A stretch of 22,524 nucleotides of DNA from Eubacteriales bacterium (lineage in GTDB: Bacteria > Bacillota > Clostridia > Lachnospirales > Lachnospiraceae), in the NCBI GenBank assembly GCA_044425555.1, contig JAWXVF010000028.1:1-22524 (forward strand). The letters run 5' to 3'. Shown here piece after piece: positions 1 through 6,569 of this stretch. Each line of letters starts with the position of its first letter. Position 1 is the stretch's first letter. Below the pieces are notes generated by a model. It was not told where the DNA came from. It ran no database searches and was given only the letters and a program-made list of their open reading frames with translations. The translations under genes were made by a program, and so were the position numbers.

Positions 1-228
1 GTTGGGAAACTCCTGTAGTTGTCGCATAAGTTCTTATCCAAGTTCAAAAAAAACGAAAAAAATTTGTAGGGGATAGTCTGCCCTTTTTTTGCTACCCGGA
101 AGGTAGTGTTTCATAGTAAAGGTTAGTAGTGGATAATGGTGTATAAATTGCGATGATTCTACATTAGTTGGGTATATAGGAAAGTATTATACAGGTAAAA
201 ACAAGGGAGAGTCAGTGCATAATCCAGT

Positions 229-291
229 ATTTGCAAAAAGCTGCAAATTCGCACCTGCAACTCTCGTAATTTTGCAAAAAACATTGCAAAA
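229..291. repeat. Cluster of five TGCAA motifs, three of them as TTGCAAAA, within about 60 nt of non-coding DNA
   Basis: Read directly: tatTTGCAAAAAgcTGCAAATTcgcaccTGCAActctcgtaatttTGCAAAAAacaTTGCAAAAtc. Function unknown; it could be a protein-binding array. Confidence 0.35.
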
Positions 292-488
292 TCACTTCAC
301 GGAATATGGTTGTGAAGAGTAACTATAAATAACTATTGAGTAAAACAAATAACCTGTCTGGCAGTTAAATTACAAGAAATAAAAGTTTGCACGTTAAGCA
401 TATTTTGATTAAGAATTTTGGCTGTTATTTGTGAAATAGTGAATAAATGAATTTGTAGAGCATATAATAAAATATGGTAATACATATC

Positions 489-517
489 TTGACAATTATA
501 TTGTTTTGAGGTATGAT
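489..517 (+). promoter_or_regulatory. Sigma-A type promoter: TTGACA, 17-nt spacer, TATGAT
   Basis: TTGACA at 489-494 and TATGAT at 512-517, with an exact 17-nt spacer. It lies about 90 nt upstream of the abi start codon. Confidence 0.5.
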
Positions 518-523
518 TATTAC

Positions 524-592
524 TAGTGATCGTGTTGTAGATACTTGCGAGGACTACAACCTAAAAAAACTTCCTTAGGGAAGTTTTTTTGC
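524..592 (+). ncRNA. Candidate short structured leader or small RNA upstream of the Abi_2 gene (abiF-motif-like or type III antitoxin-like)
   Basis: The predicted transcript from the promoter above contains a 7-bp hairpin, GTTGTAG (534-540) pairing with CTACAAC (554-560) around a 13-nt loop. A terminator hairpin follows immediately. No ORF is present. Confidence 0.4.
563..590 (+). terminator. Intrinsic (bidirectional-type) terminator between the promoter and the abi RBS
   Basis: AAAAAAA-CTTCC-TTAG-GGAAG-TTTTTTT is a perfect palindrome with a T7 tail. The RBS AGAGGA (595-600) and ATG 609 follow. Confidence 0.6.
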
Positions 593-608
593 TATAGAGG
601 AAATAATT

Positions 609-1553
609 ATGGATAACCAAAAAATTTTTTTTTCATACGATGAACAAATTCAAAAACTAAAAGATAAAGGTTTAATTATTAGTGATGAAATAGTTGCAGT
701 TCAGTTATTAAAGCGATATAGTTATTATGCCTTAATCTCTGGATATAAATACCCTTTTAAATCTAAAGACAATCAATATAAAATAAAAACAACAATAGAA
801 GATATATACACTATGTATAAATTCGATGAAGATTTAAGGCATTTATTTTTAAAGAATATATTGGAAGTAGAAAATCACATTAAATCATTAATATCATATG
901 CGTTTTGTTCGCAATATGGTGAGAGTCAATCATATTATTTAAGCAAAGATTGTTATAATAATATAAATGATAACCATGATGGTATAGATAAATTAATTGT
1001 AACTTTCCAAGGATATATTGATAGTCCAGGAAGTTATAGATATATGAGTTATCATCAAAAAAAGTATCATAACATACCATTGTGGGTCATGATGAAAGCA
1101 CTAACGTTGGGTTCAGTTTCTCGAATGTATAGTTTATTAGATTTTAGTATTCAAGGTACAATTAGTAAGGAGTTTGATGGAATCAATGAAAGTAGTTTAG
1201 GTAAGATGTTAGATTTATTGGCGAGGATTCGTAATGTTTCAGCACATAATGAGCGTCTATTCAATTATAGATATAAAAGAAGGACAATTAATGATACATT
1301 CATACATAGTGAATTAAATATACCCAAGAAAAACGGACAATATAGTAAAGGGAAGAATGATTTATTGGCGGTGATTATTGCTTTTCAATTTTTGCAAGAT
1401 AGAGAAGATTTTTTGCATTTAATCAAAACTCTAGATGATATGATAAATAAATTATGTAATGAAGTGAAAAATTTGGACAAATTACAAATTTATAAATATA
1501 TGGGTTTACCTAATAATTGGTTGCAAGTAGCAGATATAAGTAGAAATAGATAA
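609..1553 (+). CDS. Abortive-infection protein, Abi_2 family (AbiD/AbiF-like), HEPN ribonuclease-type
   Basis: 314-aa ORF with an RBS. It carries the Rx4H HEPN motif R-NVSA-H (nt 1230-1247) inside ARIRNVSAHNERLFN, typical of the Abi_2 family. N-terminal YDEQIxxLKxKGL and LKxxSYYxLxxY resemble AbiD/AbiF proteins. Confidence 0.8.
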   Translation: MDNQKIFFSYDEQIQKLKDKGLIISDEIVAVQLLKRYSYYALISGYKYPFKSKDNQYKIKTTIEDIYTMYKFDEDLRHLFLKNILEVENHIKSLISYAFCSQYGESQSYYLSKDCYNNINDNHDGIDKLIVTFQGYIDSPGSYRYMSYHQKKYHNIPLWVMMKALTLGSVSRMYSLLDFSIQGTISKEFDGINESSLGKMLDLLARIRNVSAHNERLFNYRYKRRTINDTFIHSELNIPKKNGQYSKGKNDLLAVIIAFQFLQDREDFLHLIKTLDDMINKLCNEVKNLDKLQIYKYMGLPNNWLQVADISRNR

Positions 1554-1657
1554 AAAGGTGTAATCGAATGAAAGGTTATGTCTTTTTATTTTATACTATT
1601 ATCTTCACATTATATTACCGTAGAGATATAATTTAACAAAGGGAAGTAGGTGAACTA

Positions 1658-1790
1658 ATGTCGGTAAAGACATATTTATGGATAGAAGACCGCAAAGGCA
1701 AGGTGAGTCACTAGCAGATAAAATGCGAAGTGTTTATTTTGGTACATCATTAAGTGTTGAATTTGCAAGGATCTGAGTGGGGGTATCGTT
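1658..1790 (+). pseudogene. Strong-RBS 18-codon ORF (MSVKTYLWIEDRKGKVSH*) followed by broken frames: possible 5' remnant of a disrupted gene, or a leader peptide
   Basis: AGGTG (1648-1652) lies 5 nt before ATG 1658, and the stop is at 1712-1714. Downstream frames are interrupted until the next gene at 1791. The YLWIED start is reminiscent of Toprim/OLD-like N-termini; this is a weak inference. Confidence 0.25.
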
Positions 1791-2219
1791 ATGATAACAA
1801 TATATAAAGACAAGAAGGACATACTGAAAAATAGGGAATACATAGAATTGAATGATATATTTTTTAATCAAAATACAGCATTAAAATTAGACCACATGGC
1901 AAATAACATTATAGAACAAATTGATGATTCCAAATGGAATGGTAAATATAAGATAGAATCAAAATTTAGTGGTGTTACATTAGATGTGGATTGTTTATCA
2001 ACAGGATGTAAAACAGTTTTGAATGTTCTATATTTTCCAGATAAGATTTTTTGCTTGAAAGAATGTGGTGAAAATGCTTTGGAAGTATTATATGGATTAA
2101 AAGATGGAGCTGTATATAGCAACTATGCAGTAATGCCATTTGATATCAATAAAGTTCAGATTTCTGATGAAGAAGGAATCCAAGTAATTGCAGACTATGA
2201 AGAATTGAAGCAGTGGTAG
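1791..2219 (+). CDS. Hypothetical protein, DUF4869-like (recognised from memory only)
   Basis: 142-aa ORF with a GGGGG RBS. It has an ABC-signature-like CLSTGCKTVLNVL followed by KIFCLKECGENALEVL, a pattern I associate with DUF4869 proteins. Confidence 0.5.
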   Translation: MITIYKDKKDILKNREYIELNDIFFNQNTALKLDHMANNIIEQIDDSKWNGKYKIESKFSGVTLDVDCLSTGCKTVLNVLYFPDKIFCLKECGENALEVLYGLKDGAVYSNYAVMPFDINKVQISDEEGIQVIADYEELKQW

Positions 2220-2223
2220 AGTA

Positions 2224-2481
2224 ATGAAAAGTAAACCAATTGTGATGGATAATGCTGATATTTTGTTAGAGGATGATGCAAGAAAGTATATTTCGTTAGA
2301 TGATAAGAACCAGTATTTGATTATTGGTAGAAACCCTAAGAATCTCTTTGCCACAAGTGATAATTTGTTTGAATTAGTGAGTAAAAAGAATGGGGAGCAG
2401 ATGGAGTTTATGTTTAACCATACTTGTAATACCACAGGTGTTATGTGCTGTTATATATTTAATAGGTGCAGTATTTACTAA
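2224..2481 (+). CDS. Hypothetical 85-aa protein, possibly 3'-truncated
   Basis: It starts 4 nt after the previous stop. PIVMDNADILLEDD...NQYLIIGRNP resembles a Walker-B/H-loop-like segment. The Cys/aromatic-rich tail (NHTCNTTGVMCCYIFNRCSIY) looks non-native. Confidence 0.4.
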   Translation: MKSKPIVMDNADILLEDDARKYISLDDKNQYLIIGRNPKNLFATSDNLFELVSKKNGEQMEFMFNHTCNTTGVMCCYIFNRCSIY

Positions 2482-2573
2482 CGATTACTTGACGCATATT
2501 AAAAATTTTATTAGATAGTAAATTATAGTGTAATCAATTATAATAGAAGATAACAAACAGTATCGAACCAGTT

Positions 2574-4622
2574 ATGGAGGAAAAATTGATAGATACAGAA
2601 TTAAAAAAACTAAAAGAAATGTTATGGAGTGCAGCCGATACCCTACGAGCTGATTCTGGGCTAAAATCAACAGAGTATGCAACACCTATATTAGGGCTTA
2701 TCTTCTTAAGATTTGCAGATAGTAAGTATCGTGAATATGAACATGAAATTCTAGAAGAATACAATCAAAATAAAGGTTCCAGAATGGAACGAGACATTAG
2801 TGAAATAGCAATTGAAAAATGTGGATTTTATTTACCAGATGAAGCAAGATACGATTATCTGCTTAATTTACCAGAAAGTGAAAATATTCCTGAAAAAGTA
2901 AAAGATGCTATGTGTATGGTTGAAAACTACACGAAAACACTTGCAGATACACTACCGAAAGATGAATATTATGCAGTAGATGGAAAAGATGGGAAAGCAG
3001 TTGTGAAAAGGTTATTAAAAGCCTTTAAAGACATACCAGATAATACCACTATTGATATTTTCGGTGAAATATATGAGTATTTCCTTGGTGAATTCGCCCT
3101 TGCAGAAGGACAAGGCGGTGGACAATTCTTCACACCACCATCAGTAGTAAAATATATGGTAGAGGTACTTGCACCTGTAGATGGGGAAATCTTTGATCCT
3201 GCTTGCGGAAGCGGAGGTATGTTTGTACAAGCTGCTCATTATATTCAAAAGCATAAGCAACAAGGCAATCCAATTAATCTACGTGCGTATGGTGTGGAAA
3301 AAGACAAATCCACAGTGAATCTTGCTAAGATTAATATGGTACTTCATAACATTAGAGGTACCATTACAGAAGCCAATAGTTATTATGCAGATCCTTATGA
3401 TTGTTTGGGGAAATTCGATTATGTTATGGCGAATCCTCCATTTAATGTAGATGGGGTGGAACTAGAAGCTGTAAAAAATCAGGAACGCTTTAATACATAT
3501 GGAGTACCACAGAATAAAACCAAAAGTAAAAAATCAGCAGGAGAAACAGTTCCTAATGGAAATTATCTATGGATTAATATGTTCGCTACTTCCCTAAAAG
3601 AAAACAAAGGAAAAGCAGCCCTTGTTATGGCAAATTCTGCCTCCGATGCAGGAAATAGTGAAAAAGAAATCCGTATGAAGTTAATAGAAAGTGGCGTGGT
3701 AAGTCAAATGGTTACTTTACCGTCCAACATGTTTTCCACAGTGACCTTGCCAGCAACCCTTTGGTTTTTCGATGCTAGCCATAAAAAGAAAGAGGAAATA
3801 TTATTCATAGATGCAAGGAATATATTTACACAAGTGGATAGAGCCCATAGAAAATTCACAGAAGAGCAGATTAAAAATCTTGCCATGATATCAAGGTTAT
3901 ACGAAGAAAAAAATGAAGAATATACGGTGTTACTAGACGAATACCAAGGAGAAGTATTAGAGAAATCTGCCTTATACCATGAATTACAAAGTACATGTTC
4001 GGAATTAGTGTATCATCTGTATAAAGATTCTGCTAATGAAATGGTAAAAAAATACAACGATAAAACGTATGTGCCATCTAAAAAAGTGCACGATTTCAAT
4101 GGGGTAGAAGATTATCATTTAATAGAAAAAGATTGTATCCATACAGTGGAACAAGCAAGTGCCATACAATCTATGGTAGAAAATCATACGAAAGAATTAA
4201 AGGAGCAGTTTCACGAGGTAGAAAGAGGAATTCATCAGAACCTAGATACTGCTAGCTATAAAAAAGAAATCATGGAAGCTGTTGATATTTTAAATCAATT
4301 GGATGTGTTAAAAGATGAAATTGTGTATTTCTTAGACCAGTGCATTTGGTTACAAGAACGTTTTCCACAAGGGATTTACCAAGATGTAACAGGACTCTGC
4401 AAAGTAGCCACTCTAGAAGGGGAAGATGGAATCAAAGACCAAGATTATTCTCTCAATCCGGGTAGATATGTAGGTGTTGTTATTGAAGATGATGGTATGA
4501 CAGAAGAGGAATTCAAGGAAGAAATGAGGAGTTTATATGTGGAACTTGAAATGCTAAACCAAGATGCAAGGGAGTTGGAGAGTAAGATAGGGGAGAATTT
4601 GAAGGGGTTGTTTAATGAATAG
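2574..4622 (+). CDS. hsdM: Type I restriction-modification system, N6-adenine DNA methyltransferase subunit M (long form, 682 aa)
   Basis: HsdM_N-like LWSAADTLR...LGLIFLRF, SAM motif I DPACGSGGMF, catalytic NPPF (nt 3432-3443) and C-terminal DYSLNPGRYVG. The real start may be in-frame TTG 2586, which is preceded by GGAGG. Confidence 0.95.
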   Translation: MEEKLIDTELKKLKEMLWSAADTLRADSGLKSTEYATPILGLIFLRFADSKYREYEHEILEEYNQNKGSRMERDISEIAIEKCGFYLPDEARYDYLLNLPESENIPEKVKDAMCMVENYTKTLADTLPKDEYYAVDGKDGKAVVKRLLKAFKDIPDNTTIDIFGEIYEYFLGEFALAEGQGGGQFFTPPSVVKYMVEVLAPVDGEIFDPACGSGGMFVQAAHYIQKHKQQGNPINLRAYGVEKDKSTVNLAKINMVLHNIRGTITEANSYYADPYDCLGKFDYVMANPPFNVDGVELEAVKNQERFNTYGVPQNKTKSKKSAGETVPNGNYLWINMFATSLKENKGKAALVMANSASDAGNSEKEIRMKLIESGVVSQMVTLPSNMFSTVTLPATLWFFDASHKKKEEILFIDARNIFTQVDRAHRKFTEEQIKNLAMISRLYEEKNEEYTVLLDEYQGEVLEKSALYHELQSTCSELVYHLYKDSANEMVKKYNDKTYVPSKKVHDFNGVEDYHLIEKDCIHTVEQASAIQSMVENHTKELKEQFHEVERGIHQNLDTASYKKEIMEAVDILNQLDVLKDEIVYFLDQCIWLQERFPQGIYQDVTGLCKVATLEGEDGIKDQDYSLNPGRYVGVVIEDDGMTEEEFKEEMRSLYVELEMLNQDARELESKIGENLKGLFNE

Positions 4623-4899
4623 TGAATTTTTAATTGACATTACAGAATCAAATAATTTTATAATGAATAATAAACCTAATGGTAAATTTGATAGAAAAAA
4701 AGGAATTGCGTTAATTGAGAAGCATAAATCTAAGGATATTGTTCTTGCTATGATTAACTCACCATCGAATAAGTCATTTATTCTATATGAGAATGCTGAT
4801 AATGAATTAATATATAATGTGTTATGTGAAATTAATGTCTATTTGTCTTGTAAAGAAATAATAAATGAAAATACACAGGATGGAGATGCAAATGACTAA
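4615..4899 (+). CDS. Hypothetical 94-aa protein embedded between hsdM and hsdS
   Basis: Its ATG overlaps the hsdM stop (ATGAATAG), and its stop overlaps a likely hsdS start (ATGACTAA). I recognise no domain. The C-terminus is acidic. Confidence 0.55.
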   Translation: MNSEFLIDITESNNFIMNNKPNGKFDRKKGIALIEKHKSKDIVLAMINSPSNKSFILYENADNELIYNVLCEINVYLSCKEIINENTQDGDAND

Positions 4900-6028
4900 A
4901 ATAAAAGTCAATAAATATGTGACTTTGGATAAAGTAGCATATTTTGCTAATGAGAAAATTGAATCAAAATATTTGAACAATAAAAACTATATTTCAACTG
5001 AAAATATGTTGCCAGATAAAAGTGGGATAACTATTTCTTTAAGTAATCCACAAGGGAACAATAAAAGTAAATTTTCGGAAGATGATATTCTTTTGTCAAA
5101 TATACGACCATATTTCAGAAAAATATGGTTTGCAAATATATCTGGTGGATGTTCTAATGATATATTAGTCTTAAAAGCAAAAGATAATATTTGTCCTAAG
5201 TTTTTATATTATGCGTTATCAGATAATAATTTTTTTAATTATGCTACAGTTACTTCCAAAGGTACTAAAATGCCTAGGGGAAGTAAACATGCAATAATGA
5301 AATATTTAGTTCCTAATTTAGACCAATCAGAACAAAAACGTATTACTAATATCCTATCAACCTACGATGATTTAATAGAAAACAACAATCGTAGAATAGA
5401 ACTACTAGAAAAATCAGCACAAGAGTTATACAAAGAGTGGTTTGTACGTTTTCGTTTTCCTAATTATGAGAATACAAAGTTTGTGAATGGATTGCCAGAA
5501 GGGTGGAGCAAAGGGAAATTTAAAAATAATGTAAAATATATTACGGGTAAATTGGATTCTAATGCCATGAAAGATGAGGGCGAGTTTAGTTTTTACACAT
5601 GTGCAAAGACAATTTATAAGACAAATACTTTTTGTTTTGATGGAGAGTGTGTATTATTAGGTGGTAATAATGCAACGGGAGATTTTTCATTGTTTTATGC
5701 TAATGAAAAATTAGATGCTTATCAGAGAACCTATATTATTACGCCACTTAATAATAATATAGGTTGTTCATATATATATTTCGTGTTGAAAAATTATCTT
5801 ATGCATTTGAAGCATGCTAGCATTGGAGCTACAACTAAATTTTTAACAAAGTCTATATTAGATAAAATTAACATAGTATTACCCGATAAGATGATAGCAA
5901 ATCAATTTAATAAAATTGTTTCTTCAATATTTTTAGAGATGAGTAAACTAAAATTAAACAATGTGAACCTAAAAAAACAGCGTGATTTATTATTACCACG
6001 CTTAATAAGCGGTAAACTGGAGGTGTAA
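4865..6028 (+). CDS. hsdS: Type I R-M specificity subunit S
   Basis: Two variable target-recognition halves are separated by the conserved central helix LIENNNRRIELLEKSAQELYKEWFVRFRFP. The C-terminal conserved helix is LKKQRDLLLPRLISGKL. The likely true start is ATG 4892, 6 nt after GGAG. Confidence 0.9.
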   Translation: MKIHRMEMQMTKIKVNKYVTLDKVAYFANEKIESKYLNNKNYISTENMLPDKSGITISLSNPQGNNKSKFSEDDILLSNIRPYFRKIWFANISGGCSNDILVLKAKDNICPKFLYYALSDNNFFNYATVTSKGTKMPRGSKHAIMKYLVPNLDQSEQKRITNILSTYDDLIENNNRRIELLEKSAQELYKEWFVRFRFPNYENTKFVNGLPEGWSKGKFKNNVKYITGKLDSNAMKDEGEFSFYTCAKTIYKTNTFCFDGECVLLGGNNATGDFSLFYANEKLDAYQRTYIITPLNNNIGCSYIYFVLKNYLMHLKHASIGATTKFLTKSILDKINIVLPDKMIANQFNKIVSSIFLEMSKLKLNNVNLKKQRDLLLPRLISGKLEV

Positions 6029-6029
6029 A

Positions 6030-6557
6030 ATGGCTGATAAAAATCAAACTCATGTGATAGAAAATGTATTTGATAATCTAAAAAAGATTACGCCCGTATT
6101 AATTACTATTGATATTTGTACAGGATTAATTATATTTTTGCCAAGTCATATGCTGGAAAGAATGAAATTGAATTTAATTTCAGATGAGTGGTTGTTATAT
6201 ATTAGCCTAATATTTTTATTTAGTGTATCATTAACAATTGTTATTATATGCTATAATATTGTGAAAGCCAAGCTATTGGAATTTCAGGAAATAAACTTGA
6301 GAAAAAAATTAAGGATTAGGTATATTAATTTAAGTAGTAGCCATAAGTCTCTTATTAGAAACTTATTAAATACTAAAGAGAAAAGTATAGAATTAAATGC
6401 TTATTCAGGAGATGTTGTGTACTTAGAAAATAATATTTTCATTATGTCGTCATCTAACATGACAGGTAGGTACGGTCAGAGTGAAATGTATTTACAATAT
6501 GTGCCACAACCATGGTTATTAGATTTATATAATAAAGAACCAGAATTATTTCAATAA
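6030..6557 (+). CDS. 175-aa two-transmembrane protein embedded between hsdS and hsdR; possibly SieB-like superinfection-exclusion family (tentative)
   Basis: It starts 1 nt after the hsdS stop. Two hydrophobic helices are present (VLITIDICTGLIIFLP and WLLYISLIFLFSVSLTIVIICYNIV), followed by a soluble C-terminal domain. The layout resembles what I recall of PF14163-type proteins. Confidence 0.6.
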   Translation: MADKNQTHVIENVFDNLKKITPVLITIDICTGLIIFLPSHMLERMKLNLISDEWLLYISLIFLFSVSLTIVIICYNIVKAKLLEFQEINLRKKLRIRYINLSSSHKSLIRNLLNTKEKSIELNAYSGDVVYLENNIFIMSSSNMTGRYGQSEMYLQYVPQPWLLDLYNKEPELFQ

Positions 6558-6569
6558 AGGAGGGACACC

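Noticed and set aside
45-110. A/T tracts with short stems (AGGG...CCCT, CTACC...GGTAG) as a terminator of an upstream gene
   Set aside because: The stems are only 3-5 bp, and the better one is not followed by a T-tract. The evidence is insufficient to call it.
137-320. Possible 5' half of spoIIID (attL side). One frame reads ...VGYIGKYYTGKNKGESVHNPVFAKSCKFAPATLV..., with IGKY and AK...T(L/V) spacing faintly like SpoIIID IGKYI...AKEFGVSKSTV.
   Set aside because: There is no usable start codon in that frame: a stop lies at 134-136 and no ATG/GTG/TTG occurs before IGKY. The ATG-136 frame has three stops. Joining any plausible crossover to 19927 onward does not restore a correctly spaced HTH. 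The 3' half at 19927-20064 is well preserved, so an equally old 5' half should not be this degraded.
553-561. The 9-nt identity ACTACAACC is shared by 553-561 and 19915-19923 (next to attR). I considered it as a direct-repeat att core that would place the left element end at about 560.
   Set aside because: Joining 1-561 to 19924 onward gives ...*ILARTTTKHKD, with a stop at 538-540 and no SpoIIID-like upstream sequence. Serine recombinases need only a 2-bp core. A 9-mer match near two chosen sites in AT-rich DNA is plausibly chance. The left copy is better explained as the 3' arm of the leader hairpin.
2489-2544. Promoter for the type I R-M operon (TTGACG 2489-2494 with TAGATA 17 nt downstream; also TATAAT at 2539-2544)
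   Set aside because: Each candidate has only one good hexamer: the -10 partner of TTGACG and the -35 partner of TATAAT each match 3 of 6 positions. This is plausible but not strong enough to list as a feature.
880-2764. Track ORFs 880-1080(-), 1868-2122(-), 2097-2435(-), 2534-2764(-)
   Set aside because: They are antisense to, or overlapping, better-supported plus-strand genes. They have no RBS, and their low-complexity Ile/Phe/Ser/Asn-rich translations are typical of AT-rich antisense frames.
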